Shown here: positions 1 through 12,424 of the stretch, one piece after another
Position numbering within the stretch: position 1 is the first letter of the stretch
Layout of the letters: the number at the start of each line of letters is the position of its first letter
The notes under the pieces: generated by a model
The model's input: the letters and a program-made list of their open reading frames with translations, nothing else
Told to the model about the DNA's origin: nothing
Databases searched by the model: none
Made by a program: the position numbers and the translations under genes
Source of the DNA: an uncultured virus (IMG/VR IMGVR_UViG_3300016472_001095)
Lineage: Duplodnaviria > Heunggongvirae > Uroviricota > Caudoviricetes
Virus record (IMG/VR): IMGVR_UViG_3300016472_001095
Length of the DNA: 64,000 nucleotides
Direction: 5' to 3' (one strand)

Positions 1-3000
1 ACGAAAACAGCAACGTTACTAGATATTTAACTGTCGATTATACCGGTAATCTGTCTTTTGCAAAAGATGCAGGATTAGATTTAATTGGCCCTCTTAGCCC
101 CCAGATATTTTATTACATTTATGATAGAGCTTATAATTATATGGTTTTAATAAAAAACATAAACGATATACCTAAATTTGTTACTTTTAGCGCTAATAAT
201 GAAGATCTTGCATTAACCGATCCCATTACAGGTACGAGTATACCGTATTCAATAACTTCTGTTTTTAGAGTAAGAGAAAGAAACCCTCTTCCCAATAAAA
301 CAGAATTATTAGATCCTTGGGTTAGCTATACAAAAGATTTTAAAACAAATTCACAAGATATTAATGCTGATAGAAGTTTTGATAACACTAATACAAACTT
401 TTTAATTAATAACCAGTATTATACAATTTCTGGTAACGAAATTAACTTTAATTTATTATCACTTAAAAATACCTCTACCCCGGAATACAACATTTCTAGA
501 GCTAATCCTTTTTTTGATGAAATAAATGTTGAGTTTAGAGACTATAAAAAGCTTCATACAGGTACATATCAAAATTTAGGAAATGATAATATTACTGCTG
601 GGTTTGAAAGTTATACTAATGCTATAACTCTTAAGAAAGATAAAGTAACATATTTTCATATTCCTCAAGTATTTTATCCTTTTTTAAGACTTAATATAAA
701 TGATTCTGGATTGACAGAAGCAGGAGCTATAGCTGGTGATCATCCTTTAAAATCAGATAAAATATTTAAGAAAAAAGCTGATTATAAATATACTTCTAAT
801 TTTGGCGATACTGCGGAAGAAAATTCAGGCGAATTTTTATGCGCATGGCTTTCCGGAAATACAAGCCCAGACGTTAGACCTGTGTGGGTAGATAGATATT
901 ATAATCCAAAGAAAATTTCTGGTTATCAAGCTCTAACTGCATCAGACTTTAAAGCAATTAAATATATTTCTAATTTTGACTGCTTGGTAGAGAAAGCTTT
1001 TGAAACGTTTGCGAGGGATGTGGATGTTTTTGATAAACCATCTGACTTAATTTTTGAAAAAGGAACTTATTATGCGTATCATCATTACGGGCCAAAAGAC
1101 GTAGATAAATTTATTGAAACCCTATCTCTCGATCTGGTAGAAAAAGGTATAAAGACTTATCTTTTCAATAATGGTGCTGACGCTACATATACTGCGGTAA
1201 TAAATGAAAGTGATGAGGTATCAGAATATTTATTTGACGGTAAGAAATACGGTACTACCTCACAGTTATCCGCTATTCAGGCGTCTAACCAATTTACTTT
1301 AGTTTTTGATGGCTACAGTTCAGATTGGAATAAACCCATAGGAAATCAATTAGTTGGTAATTATGATAGAGACGGTTTTGGTATTTTTAATGAAAATTTA
1401 GTTACACCCACTTTATTTGTACCTATTTTAAGTGGTCTGTATGTTACAAACTTAGATTATAGAATTCTCAATACATTAAAGTTCGATAGTAATATTACAG
1501 GTATTATAAGACTTCAGGGTATGAACGATTTTTATGGCATATTTGAAGACAATAGCTTTAGAAGATTTAATTTAAATTACTCTGAAACAAGACGTGGTTA
1601 TCCTGCTGATATAACAGATGAATTAGGTAAAGTTAGAGGTGTTGATTATAATGAAACAGATGCAAGAGTTCTTATTGGCGATAACCCCGGGGTTAAAAAA
1701 CTAATGAGGCTAGATTTAAACTCTCATGAAATTACAGATATTACTTCTGGTACTTTTAATTTAACAAAATACCCTAGAAGAATATCAAAAGGGCTTAATA
1801 TAAACACAGCAAATTCAATAGTATTTTATAATGACGTAATGTATTTAACGCAAGGTTCAAAAGCAATAAGAGCCAAAGATACAATTTTTTATAATTTTGA
1901 AAATTCTCAAATACTACAATGGAAGGATATTACTAATTTAACAAGTATTAATCCAATAACAGCATTTGTATCAAGCACTACTATAAATGACTTTTCTGTA
2001 GACTTTGATAGCAATTTATGGATAGTATTTGATAATAATAAATTTGCAAAATATAGTTATGACCGCGTTTTTATACTTTCTGGTGAATTTATAGATACCG
2101 AAGACAAAAACTATACTAATTACAAAATAGATTTTACTGCAGATTTTAATTTAGGAAGTTATTCTCAACATGCGATAGTTACTCGTCAATCATATACAGG
2201 AGAAAAAAATAATTTACAATTCGTAAAGCTTTCATTAAGCGGTGTTACTGTAGATAGAAAATATTTTTCAGAATATACGCCTTTAGGTAATAATTATATT
2301 TGTAAAAACGTTCTAGTAAAGGACGTATTTACAACTTCACCTACATTATCTGTACAGTACCCCAACGGTATTGTTTTAAATCAAATTATTCCCAGTGAAA
2401 ATTACACCAACCTTATTTCTTTTAGTGCTAATATTGCAAATTACTTTTATAATAGAAACTTACAAACGTATAATTTTGCAAATTCTAAATTCTTAACAAC
2501 TTATGTTAAGGATAAATATCCTTCAAATAGTATAAATGTAAAAGCGCAACTAACCAATATTTTTAACACTAATGATACAGTATTAACAGAAATTATTTTT
2601 AATTTATCTGCATTAGATGTAGGGTATCATAATTTTGCAGTCAGATTTGATGCTGACGGCGGATATATGCATTTGTTTATAGATGGCCAGCAAAAAGGAG
2701 TAACTGAATTTTCACCTAGAAAATATAAATTTAGTAATTTAATATACCGTCCATTTTTAATTGGTAGTTCGAGTTACGCATATTCATTACCTTTATTTTC
2801 GTATTTAAAAAACACATCATTTCTTGCATATGATTTCAGAGTAAAGAATTTCTATATATATGATACACCTCTTTTTGATTTTGATATTATGTTTCATGCA
2901 AGAAAAGGTATGAGCATACAAGATATAGTATTTGATGTTGCATGTGGTAGAAGAAATTATTTTGAAGAAATTGAGAGGTACTTTAAATTTACACCTCCCG

Positions 3001-3152
3001 GCTCTAAATCTACACAATATAATTTAATTATTAAAAATTCTGGTATTCAAGACGAAGAATTGCAGTATGCTTTGGAGCAGCGTATTTATGAAATAATAAA
3101 CAGTACTGCTCCAGTTTATTCAAGGCTAAATAATATTAAATGGGTAAATTAA
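1..3152 (+). CDS. Large virion/baseplate-type protein with C-terminal LamG-like domain; 5' truncated by the window edge
   Basis: Frame is open from position 3 through the track start at 141; C-terminal GYHNFAVRFD...LFIDG resembles LamG. Confidence 0.6.
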   Translation, partial: ENSNVTRYLTVDYTGNLSFAKDAGLDLIGPLSPQIFYYIYDRAYNYMVLIKNINDIPKFVTFSANNEDLALTDPITGTSIPYSITSVFRVRERNPLPNKTELLDPWVSYTKDFKTNSQDINADRSFDNTNTNFLINNQYYTISGNEINFNLLSLKNTSTPEYNISRANPFFDEINVEFRDYKKLHTGTYQNLGNDNITAGFESYTNAITLKKDKVTYFHIPQVFYPFLRLNINDSGLTEAGAIAGDHPLKSDKIFKKKADYKYTSNFGDTAEENSGEFLCAWLSGNTSPDVRPVWVDRYYNPKKISGYQALTASDFKAIKYISNFDCLVEKAFETFARDVDVFDKPSDLIFEKGTYYAYHHYGPKDVDKFIETLSLDLVEKGIKTYLFNNGADATYTAVINESDEVSEYLFDGKKYGTTSQLSAIQASNQFTLVFDGYSSDWNKPIGNQLVGNYDRDGFGIFNENLVTPTLFVPILSGLYVTNLDYRILNTLKFDSNITGIIRLQGMNDFYGIFEDNSFRRFNLNYSETRRGYPADITDELGKVRGVDYNETDARVLIGDNPGVKKLMRLDLNSHEITDITSGTFNLTKYPRRISKGLNINTANSIVFYNDVMYLTQGSKAIRAKDTIFYNFENSQILQWKDITNLTSINPITAFVSSTTINDFSVDFDSNLWIVFDNNKFAKYSYDRVFILSGEFIDTEDKNYTNYKIDFTADFNLGSYSQHAIVTRQSYTGEKNNLQFVKLSLSGVTVDRKYFSEYTPLGNNYICKNVLVKDVFTTSPTLSVQYPNGIVLNQIIPSENYTNLISFSANIANYFYNRNLQTYNFANSKFLTTYVKDKYPSNSINVKAQLTNIFNTNDTVLTEIIFNLSALDVGYHNFAVRFDADGGYMHLFIDGQQKGVTEFSPRKYKFSNLIYRPFLIGSSSYAYSLPLFSYLKNTSFLAYDFRVKNFYIYDTPLFDFDIMFHARKGMSIQDIVFDVACGRRNYFEEIERYFKFTPPGSKSTQYNLIIKNSGIQDEELQYALEQRIYEIINSTAPVYSRLNNIKWVN

Positions 3153-4769
3153 ATGAATATATCTAGTGAAATATTAAATGAGGGGTTAATATATGATAGA
3201 TATCTTGGAGAAGAGTTATCATTACCATATACTCTAGATGATATAAAGGTACAGCCTAATGATACTGTGTCCTCTAGTCTAATAAGTTTAAAATTTAAAC
3301 ATTTATATGACAATTTTTTATATTTGTATAAAAATACTCTCCTTGCTTCTAATGTTATACCAGTTTCATCAACTGCAATTGCTGGTATAACAGCATCATC
3401 AACTATATTTGCGTGGTACGAAGGTTTAAGCTCAAGAGAATTTAAATCATTATCAAACAATTCCAATTTACAAGGTGTTGATAATACGAAAGCAATAATG
3501 CTTTTAAAAAATAAAGATTTTGATAGATATTCACTTTTTACATCATCAGGAACAGCTATAAATATATTTAATTTTGATTATAATGCAACGTACATTGAAA
3601 AAGTATTAACCGTTTCGCAAATTGATCAAGGATACGGAGTGCCGTTCAAAAGCGTTTGCGATTTTGAATTTTATAAAAACAATTTATTCGTTCTAGATTG
3701 TGAATTAAATAGGCTTATAAAATATGATGCAAGCGGATTTTACGAACTTAATACAGTTACAAATAATAGATTATTTTATATAGACTCTATTGGCAATTAT
3801 GGAGATCAAAACTCAAAAACGGATTTTTACGACCCTAAAGGCATTACAATTTTTAATAATTTTATTTTTGTGTTAGACTCAGGCAACAAATGTATAAAAA
3901 AGTACGATACAAATTTAAATTGGAAGTATACTTTTAGACTTTATCAAGACTTTTTATCCGCATTTCCTATTGATATTGCCGCAGATAGCAACGGTAATTT
4001 ATTTGTCTTAACTGATAACGATAAAATTTTTATTTATGATAATGATATTAAAAATAGAAAAATTATAGATCTCGTGGCACTAAAAGAAAATGATGAAAAG
4101 TTTAAAAAGCTAGTTTTTTCTCAAAGCGATACTAATATTTTTTATTTATATTCAGATAAAAATATATACAAAAAACTAGTTAACAAGCCTTATAGTACAG
4201 TAGGAAAATATTTACTTTATTTGTTTAAATATGATGACCCTGCTGAAAAAATAAATGCATTTGCATCTGCGCCCACACTAGATTTAAAAAGCGATTCAAA
4301 TATTATGTTTTCTGTATCTGGTAATATAGGTAAATTTGGATATTTTTATGATAATATTAATTTATTTGATATATTAGCAGTTAGAGATTTTGATATATAT
4401 GGTTTCGATGAACTAAAATTTAATTTTGATGAATATGTACAGAATTGGGTTTTTAATAAGAATATTTCTAAACTTTTATTAGGCATGATGAGATTGAGAG
4501 ATGAAATAATTGGAAAGTTTATAGCTTCTAAAGACTATAAAGGTAATATAACCTTTACAGGTACCAGATATCTTATTCCTCAAGAATTAGATACTATTTA
4601 TTTTGAGCAAGATATTACCTTTTTTGTAGGTAATAATGAGCTTCTTACAAGCAGTATAATAAACAGACCTCTTACAAAACTTTTTAATGTTCAAGAATCA
4701 TTATTAAAAATTCTTGATGCTGAAATTATAAGAACACCTAGTAACAACACGCCAATAACCCTTAACTAA
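3153..4769 (+). CDS. NHL-repeat beta-propeller protein, probably structural
   Basis: [28 protein letters not shown] and [18 protein letters not shown]-like repeats. Confidence 0.65.
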   Translation: MNISSEILNEGLIYDRYLGEELSLPYTLDDIKVQPNDTVSSSLISLKFKHLYDNFLYLYKNTLLASNVIPVSSTAIAGITASSTIFAWYEGLSSREFKSLSNNSNLQGVDNTKAIMLLKNKDFDRYSLFTSSGTAINIFNFDYNATYIEKVLTVSQIDQGYGVPFKSVCDFEFYKNNLFVLDCELNRLIKYDASGFYELNTVTNNRLFYIDSIGNYGDQNSKTDFYDPKGITIFNNFIFVLDSGNKCIKKYDTNLNWKYTFRLYQDFLSAFPIDIAADSNGNLFVLTDNDKIFIYDNDIKNRKIIDLVALKENDEKFKKLVFSQSDTNIFYLYSDKNIYKKLVNKPYSTVGKYLLYLFKYDDPAEKINAFASAPTLDLKSDSNIMFSVSGNIGKFGYFYDNINLFDILAVRDFDIYGFDELKFNFDEYVQNWVFNKNISKLLLGMMRLRDEIIGKFIASKDYKGNITFTGTRYLIPQELDTIYFEQDITFFVGNNELLTSSIINRPLTKLFNVQESLLKILDAEIIRTPSNNTPITLN

Positions 4770-4770
4770 T

Positions 4771-7700
4771 ATGTCAAAGTATATTTTCAGACTAAATGCA
4801 GGTAAAGCTCAGGAAAATATTACCCCCATTTTTCCTACACAGACGCCTACTATTTCTCTTACACCTACTAATACTCCTACAAACACACCTTCATCTAATA
4901 TAGCTCCTACTAGCACGCCTACACCTACCGCAACTCCAACAAGAACATCAGCAGAGACACCCACCCCTACGCGAACACCTACCTCCACTGTAACACCTAC
5001 ATCTACTATTACCAGTACAAACACTTCTACTGTGACACCAACTACAACTAATACTGCTACAACTACACAAACACCAAGTACTAGCCCATCTGCTACTTTC
5101 TCACCAACACCTACTACTTCACCTACAACAACAGAAATCGGCACACAGACACCAACAACCACCCCTACTAATACTTTAACGCCTAGTTCTACTGTAACAT
5201 CTACTGCAACATTAACACCTACACCTTCAGTTACTGAAACAGCAACACCTACTATTACACCAACTGAAACCCCTACTCCTACTGTAACACCAACAGTAAC
5301 ACCCACTGAAACACCTACACCTACTGAGACTATAACTCCAACAACTACAACAACAGTTACAGCTACTCCTTCGTCTACTAATAATCCTACACCTACGTCT
5401 ACCGAAACACCGACAACTACACCTACACCTACGTCTACCGAAACACCCACTCCTACTGAAACACCTACAACCACACCAACTACTTCTGAAACATCTACAC
5501 TTACTCCTACAGTTACACCATCTGAGACAACTACAGTAACACCGTCAGTCACAGAAACACCTACTTTAACTGTTACACCTTCTATTACAGAAACGTTAAC
5601 CCCTACTAATACCCCCACGTGTACTTCAACAGTAACACCCACTGTAACTGTTACCTCAACGCCCACTGAAACTGAAACGCCTACTCCTACTGTAACACTA
5701 ACCGTTACACCAACAAGAACATCTGCTGAAACACCCACTCCTACTGAAACTGAAACCCCTACTCCTACTGAAACACCCACTGTAACACCAACTATAACGC
5801 CATCAGTTACTGAAACTGCTACCCCAACTCTTACAGAAACGCCTACTCCTACCGTAACTACATCTATTACAGAAACGCCTACTCCTACTGAAACGCCTAC
5901 TGAAACGCCTACAGTTACACCTACATGTACTGAAACTCTAACACCAACTGCTACGTCTACAGAAACCCCTACAAATACGCCTACAGAAACACCGACTATA
6001 ACGCCTTCAAAAACAATTGATTTAACTTCTACACCCACTACTACTGTAACACCTACCATTACAGAAACACCCACTGAAACGCCTACTGTAACACCTACCA
6101 TTACACAGACATCAACAGAAACTCCTACCCCCACAGTTACCGTAACACCAACAAGAACATCAGCAGAGACGCCTACTCCTACTGAAACTATGACACCAAC
6201 AGCTACAGTAACCTCCACTGAAACTCCTACTGTAACACCTACCCCTACTGTAACTGAAACAGCTACACCTACCGCAACTCCAACAAGAACATCAGCAGAG
6301 ACACCCACCCCTACTGAAACGCCTACCGCTACTATCTCTCCCACCACTACAGAAACTCCTACTCCTACAGTTACCGTAACGCCTACAGGAACATCAGCAG
6401 AGACGCCNNNNNNNNNNNNNNNNNNNNNNNNNNNNNNNNNNNNNNNNNNNNNNNNNNNNNNNNNNNNNNNNNNNNNNNNNNNNNNNNNNNNNNNNNNNNN
6501 NNNNNNNNNNNNNNNNNNNNNNNNNNNNNNNNNNNNNNNNNNNNNNNNNNNNNNNNNNNNNNNNNNNNNCAACAAGAACATCAGCAGAGACACCTACTCC
6601 TACTGAAACAGTTACATCTACTCCGACTATCACTCCTTCTGCAACCGTTACACCTTCTGCAACCGTAACGCCTACATCGACTATCACTCCTTCTGCAACC
6701 GTAACTAGCACTGCAGCTGCTACCCCGACACCTACACAAACTGAAACTGTAACACCTACATCGACAGTAACGCCTTCACCTTCCATTACACCTTCTGCGA
6801 CAATAACACCATCCGTAACTGTGACACCATCAAGTACAGTTACCCCGTCACCCACTGTTACCGGTACTGCAGCTGCTACCCCAACGCCCACGCAAACTGT
6901 AACAGCAACACCCACATCGACAGTAACACCTTCACCTTCCATTACACCCTCTGCAACCGTAACACCTTCAGCAACCGTAACACCGTCAAGTACAGTTACT
7001 CCTTCGAAGACATCAGCAGAGACGCCTACGCCTACTCAGACAATTACTCCTTCACCCACCGTAACACCGTCAAGTACAGTTACTCCTTCGAAGACATCAG
7101 CAGAGACGCCTACGCCTACTCAGACAATTACTCCTTCACCCACCGTAACACCCTCACAATCACCTACCGTAACACCTTCAGCTTCAATAACTGCAACTTC
7201 TACGCCTTCGCCTACGTTATCCCCTACGGTGACCCCATCTTCACGCTTTAATAGTATCTGTGTTACCGGTGCAAATACAACTATAGTAAATGATAATTAT
7301 ACTCTTGATCCAGTTACCGGTAGATACGTATCTCCTACCGGCTTGAGAATATATAGAATAGGTGCATCACAATGGGTTATTCAACAAGCTGCTCCTAATA
7401 CACAATTCTATTATACAAATTCTAATACAAGTAATTACGTCCCATCAACTGGATGGACACCTTCTACTCTTGGTACATCGCCTTCACCAACTATTTCATC
7501 AAGCGCTTGCGCAACACCTACACCTACAGAAACACCTACAGCTACTCCAACGCCTTCACAATCACCTACCGTAACACCCTCACAATCACCTACAGTAACG
7601 CCTTCACAAACAGTAACATCCTCACAAACACCCACTCAAACAGTAACTCCATCAGCTACACCGACTATAACACCTACAGTATTTGCATTACAAGCTTTAG

Positions 7701-8236
7701 ACGATGTAGATAATTATATAACTAAAACACCTACACCTTCCATTACACCTACAGCTACTCCAACGCCTTCAGTTACATCAACGATAACACCGTCACCTAC
7801 TAATACACCGTCACAAACAAGAACACCGTCGCAGACACCTACACAGACGCCGTCACAAACACCTACTATATCTAGAACACCTTCACCAACCGTTACACCC
7901 ACTCCTACTGATACACCTATTAATCCAAGTTATTTCACAGTAAATACTATAGGTGATGGTACTATTAAAACTTTATGTACCGGCACAGAAGCTGTAAATG
8001 TATTGCTTGTAGCAGGTGCGGAATTTGGCTGTGCATGTGTTGATGACGGCTCCGGCGCGACTGGTAGTACAGCAATTTATGTAAATAATGTACAGTACGG
8101 GACGTTTGGATGGGCAAATAGAAACTTAACTTCTATTATATTTAGATTTAGAATTAACTCCACAAGCCAATGGTATTATAGTTATTTTAATCACGAAGAT
8201 TTCAGAGTAGATTTTCCAAAAGATAACTTAACTTAA
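4771..8236 (+). CDS. Mucin-like Thr/Pro/Ser-repeat protein; one gene across the assembly gap
   Basis: TPT repeats continue on both sides of the N run; the post-gap TP frame is open from 6572 to 8236. Confidence 0.8.
4840..7910 (+). repeat. Low-complexity ACN-CCN codon repeats, recurrent [13 protein letters not shown] unit
   Basis: caacaagaacatcagcagagac recurs near 4937, 6148, 6281 and 6570; near-perfect tandem copies around 6973-7153. Confidence 0.9.
6408..6569. other. Assembly gap (162 N)
   Basis: Run of N. Confidence 1.
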
Positions 8237-8272
8237 ACTTAAGTATAATGTTCAAATTTAATAAATAATATT

Positions 8273-11200
8273 ATGGCCGGAAATGCGCGATTTCATAATA
8301 AATGGCATAGAAGAAATCATCATTCTTCTCCATCAATAAATTACCCCGATTCAGCTACTGACCCTATTGCGTCAGCAGCAGAACCTTTTCAGGGTGAAAT
8401 GGTTATAAACGGCTATTTAAGCGCACACGGTGATGCTTTTATTGATGGAGACACTACAATTCAAGGAAATCTTTCTGTATACGGTGATTTATCTTATTTC
8501 GACACATATGTTTCAGTTACAAGTTCTCTTAGTGTAGTTAATACCGGACCTGGGCCTGCAGTTGTTGTTGAGCAATACGGTAATGAACCAATAGCAAGAT
8601 TTTTAGATCCTACTAATACAAGCGGAGGTACAAGATATGCATTTTCTATAGAAAACGACGGGTATATTGTCGTAAATGGAACAACACCAGCAGTAAAATT
8701 CGATCAACAAAGTCAAACTGTTCAACCACAGTTAATGACTGTAAACGGAAATGTTTATTCTAGCAAAAGCGTTATTTGGGAAACGCCAATGGCTAATACA
8801 GTTTATGTTAGTACTACCGGTTCAGATTTAAATAGCGGGTTAAACCCTTCACAAAAAGTTAGAACAATTAAAAAAGCTGCTAAGGTTGTTTTTGATACTT
8901 ATGGCCCTAATAAAGCAACTATTTTAGTAGAGGCAGGTGACTACACAGAAAATAACCCTGTATACATACCCGCAGGTACTTCTATGATAGGCGAAGGCTT
9001 TTTAAGAAGAGTAAATATAAGACCTTACAATAGACAGTTAGATATACTTTGGCTTAATAATGGATGCTATATTTGGGGATTTACTTTTAGAGATCATTTA
9101 GATCCCTCTTCTGCTACTGCGTTTCCTAATTTATTATCTGGGACGCCAGCTTATAAAGTAGCTTTTCAAACACCTAATTATGAAATCGACGTAACTCGTC
9201 CAGGAGGTCCTTTTGGGTTTCCTATAGTATCAAAACCTTACATTACAACGAGCCCTTATACACAGGGTTGCTCATCGATTAATAGATTTTTATACGTACC
9301 AATTCAACCAGATCTTTTTAATAGTGGATTTGTCCCAGGGAGTCAAACGTTTAATTATGCTTTAACTAACGGTGAGACCACTTCAGCCTATATTTTAAGC
9401 TCATTTAATAATATTACTAATATAATTAAATTTGGACCTACTGTTGCACCAGCGCAATGGAATTTTACTCCTGCTGCAGCTGCAAGTAATGCAGTTTCGT
9501 TAATTAATTTAAATAAAGCTGCAATTCAGCAAGGAACAGTTAATTTTGTAAATGATAAGTACCCAACATTTTTATACGATCAAACTAAATGCTATAGGGA
9601 TGTTGGCTATATACTCGATTCTATAACGTATGATTTAACATATGGTACTAATTTAAGCTCTGTTTCAGCAGGTTTATTTTACTATAGTGGTACAACAAGC
9701 TTAATACCTGGGCAAGAAGCGCAAACAGTAGATGCTATTAATTACGCAAATTTTCTAGTAAATTATGTGGTAGCTAATTCTGCTGTACCGATCTATCATC
9801 AACAGTTTTATCCTACATATACGCTGGCGCCTACTGTTTCTTCTTATGTAACACTCTGTACAAATATCATAAATAATATAATTCGTAATGGAGTGGGTAG
9901 CTTACCTTCGCCTACCTACTGGACACCCAATGCTATTGCATCTGCAGAAGCAAGTTATTTACTAAATTTAAATAAACCATTCATAGGTAAAACAGTAATT
10001 AATTTTGTAGATAAAAATTTCCCAGGCTTTGCATATAATAGAACAAAATGTGAAAGAGATACAGGATTTATTATTGATGCAATAGTTGGCGACATTACTA
10101 ATGGTAATACGTTAAGTTCTATATATGCTGGAACACAATATTTTTCTGGTAGTCAAAGTTTAATTAAAGGTCAAGAAATTCCAACCATTGCAGCTATTAG
10201 ATATATAGATTTTCTTTCTCAAAATATTTTAACAAACACTATTGCAGTTACCTCTCAAACATTCAACCCGTATTTGTCTACAGGTAAATTCTCAATACAA
10301 GATTTAGATAGATCAATAGACACAATTAATAAAATTATTATAACTCAAAATATACCTACACCAGTTTATAATATGGACCAATATTATAATTTTGGGTTAA
10401 CAAACGGTGGAAATACATCAGCATTTCTTTTAAGCACTTACAATACTATAGTGCAGGTAATAAGCTCTGGCCCTACTGGAGCCCCTGCTATTGTTGCTAA
10501 TCCCGCTCCTGCAGGTGCTGTAGATGCAAAAGCTCTATTAACTTTTAACAGAACATATATTCAGGAACAAACAATAAGCTTTATTAATCAGCAATTTCCT
10601 ACACTAAGGTATAGCCAAAGTAAATGTTTTAGAGACGCGGGTTATATGGTAGATGCTGCTATTTCTGATTTAACAAATAACACTAATGCGAGTGCAGTTA
10701 ATACAGGATTATTTTATTGGAGCGGTAATCAAAGTGTTATTAAAGGTCAGCAATATCAGACAATATCTGCTATCGAATATATTAATGACCTTGCTCAAGA
10801 TATAGTTAGAAATACTCTAATTGATGCAAAGAGCAATGCAGTGTGGTTATTGTCAGCTAATAGAACTTTTATTCAAAAAGAAGTTATTCAATATGTAGAT
10901 AGAACATATCCAACGTTCGTTTACAATAAGCAAAAGTGTGAAAGAGATGTAGGGTATATAATTGATGCTGTTATATATGATATAACATATAGTACTAATG
11001 TAAGCTCTATAAATGCAGGAACGTATTATGTTGGCGGGGCTATAGCAGGTCAAGAAATACAGACGGTAGCTGCTATTAATTATGCCCGCTACTTAATGAA
11101 AGATATAGTTCAAAATATACCAGTAAGAAATATAGATGCGGGTTGCGGTATTAGAGTTGACGGTGAACTCGCTCTTGGTTTCTTAAGAAGTTTTGTAACC

Positions 11201-12040
11201 GATTCATTTACTCAATTTAATCAGGGTGGTAAGGGAATTCATGTAATTAATTGCGGTTATGCACAGCTTGTAAGTACATTTACTATTTGTACTACCGAGG
11301 GAGTAATATGTGAAACAGGTGGTAATTGCAGTATTAGTACATCTAACTGCTCATTTGGGTTATCAGGCCTTGTAGCTACTGGTAAATCTAAATTCCCGGT
11401 ATTGACCGGTTATCAATACCAGACAACACCTCTTGCAGATAACTTCCTTATAGTTCAAGACGTGACGCCAAGACCTCTCTCTGCATTTGTACAAGCATTA
11501 CAGGCAGGAAACGAGCTTGAAGGTATTCCCGTAGAAGAGCCTTATAATGGGTTATTAGTAAATGTTGAAGACGATCCTGCTAGTGATTATGATATACTTT
11601 TAAATCCCGATGGTTTAACAAAATATCATGGTATTAAAGCTGTAAGTGCATTGAATGCTCCTTACCCACCATTTACCTATAGATTAACTTTAGAAAGAAA
11701 TGTACAAGCGCCGTTAACTGCATCACAGATTGAGCCAAAATACGTAGAGTTTTATTTAAGGTCACAAATAGCTTCTAGTTCTCATGCATTTGAATACATT
11801 GGCACAGGTATTGAGCTAGAAAAATCAGTCCCTGCTTTAGGAGGCAAGGTTAATAATAATAATGAGGCTGTTTATTCTGACAATGGAATAGTTTATTATT
11901 CAAGCACTAATGAAAGAGGCGACTTTAAAGTTGGTGGAGGCTTTACAATTAAGCAAGAGAAAGGAACAGTTGAAGGTGTTGACTTTAATAAGTCAATTCT
12001 TGCTCTAGTAACACCTTTAATATTGAGTCTAGATAGCTAA
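8273..12040 (+). CDS. Large virion structural protein with four KCxRDxGY/F helical repeats and beta-helix-like flanks
   Basis: YVSTTGSD...RTIKKAA...AGDYTENNP N-terminal motif, 4 repeats, C-terminal STNERGDFKVG; architecture typical of T4-like myophage structural proteins. Confidence 0.7.
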   Translation: MAGNARFHNKWHRRNHHSSPSINYPDSATDPIASAAEPFQGEMVINGYLSAHGDAFIDGDTTIQGNLSVYGDLSYFDTYVSVTSSLSVVNTGPGPAVVVEQYGNEPIARFLDPTNTSGGTRYAFSIENDGYIVVNGTTPAVKFDQQSQTVQPQLMTVNGNVYSSKSVIWETPMANTVYVSTTGSDLNSGLNPSQKVRTIKKAAKVVFDTYGPNKATILVEAGDYTENNPVYIPAGTSMIGEGFLRRVNIRPYNRQLDILWLNNGCYIWGFTFRDHLDPSSATAFPNLLSGTPAYKVAFQTPNYEIDVTRPGGPFGFPIVSKPYITTSPYTQGCSSINRFLYVPIQPDLFNSGFVPGSQTFNYALTNGETTSAYILSSFNNITNIIKFGPTVAPAQWNFTPAAAASNAVSLINLNKAAIQQGTVNFVNDKYPTFLYDQTKCYRDVGYILDSITYDLTYGTNLSSVSAGLFYYSGTTSLIPGQEAQTVDAINYANFLVNYVVANSAVPIYHQQFYPTYTLAPTVSSYVTLCTNIINNIIRNGVGSLPSPTYWTPNAIASAEASYLLNLNKPFIGKTVINFVDKNFPGFAYNRTKCERDTGFIIDAIVGDITNGNTLSSIYAGTQYFSGSQSLIKGQEIPTIAAIRYIDFLSQNILTNTIAVTSQTFNPYLSTGKFSIQDLDRSIDTINKIIITQNIPTPVYNMDQYYNFGLTNGGNTSAFLLSTYNTIVQVISSGPTGAPAIVANPAPAGAVDAKALLTFNRTYIQEQTISFINQQFPTLRYSQSKCFRDAGYMVDAAISDLTNNTNASAVNTGLFYWSGNQSVIKGQQYQTISAIEYINDLAQDIVRNTLIDAKSNAVWLLSANRTFIQKEVIQYVDRTYPTFVYNKQKCERDVGYIIDAVIYDITYSTNVSSINAGTYYVGGAIAGQEIQTVAAINYARYLMKDIVQNIPVRNIDAGCGIRVDGELALGFLRSFVTDSFTQFNQGGKGIHVINCGYAQLVSTFTICTTEGVICETGGNCSISTSNCSFGLSGLVATGKSKFPVLTGYQYQTTPLADNFLIVQDVTPRPLSAFVQALQAGNELEGIPVEEPYNGLLVNVEDDPASDYDILLNPDGLTKYHGIKAVSALNAPYPPFTYRLTLERNVQAPLTASQIEPKYVEFYLRSQIASSSHAFEYIGTGIELEKSVPALGGKVNNNNEAVYSDNGIVYYSSTNERGDFKVGGGFTIKQEKGTVEGVDFNKSILALVTPLILSLDS

Positions 12041-12057
12041 ATTGATTAAATAATAAT

Positions 12058-12420
12058 ATGGCAGACATACCTCTTAATCATTTTGTAAGACAAGCTTATA
12101 CTTTAACCAGTACTTCTAGTGCATATTATATTGCTCCATTTGATAGAGCTGCTATTGTTTTAGGACTGTATGCAAGTAATACTACAGCAAATGATGTATC
12201 TGTATCAGTATCTATTTCTGGTGTGGGTGGATTGTTCGTACCGGTAAGACCAAAAGTAGATTTTGCAAAAAATATTTTAATAGCTGGAGGTGATACCACA
12301 AATCTCGCACCAGCAAGAATTGTATTAGAAGAATATGATGCTTTAATTGCATCTTGCAATCCATCAGGCGCTATAACATTAAATGTTGCACTACTAGAAA
12401 CAATTAATACGGTGGAGTAA
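12058..12420 (+). CDS. Small virion structural protein
   Basis: 120-aa beta-rich ORF in the structural operon with TAAATA upstream. Confidence 0.6.
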   Translation: MADIPLNHFVRQAYTLTSTSSAYYIAPFDRAAIVLGLYASNTTANDVSVSVSISGVGGLFVPVRPKVDFAKNILIAGGDTTNLAPARIVLEEYDALIASCNPSGAITLNVALLETINTVE

Positions 12421-12424
12421 TACC

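Noticed and set aside
6408..6606. Apparent frameshift or pseudogene in the Thr/Pro gene
   Set aside because: The frame change coincides with an N gap of estimated length
4809..7902. Long antisense Val/Gly ORFs (also at 58704-60112)
   Set aside because: Shadows of ACN/CCN repeat codons on the coding strand
4840..7910. Recurrent ~22-nt repeats as a CRISPR array
   Set aside because: Irregular spacing, in-frame coding, degenerate third positions, no unique spacers and no cas genes
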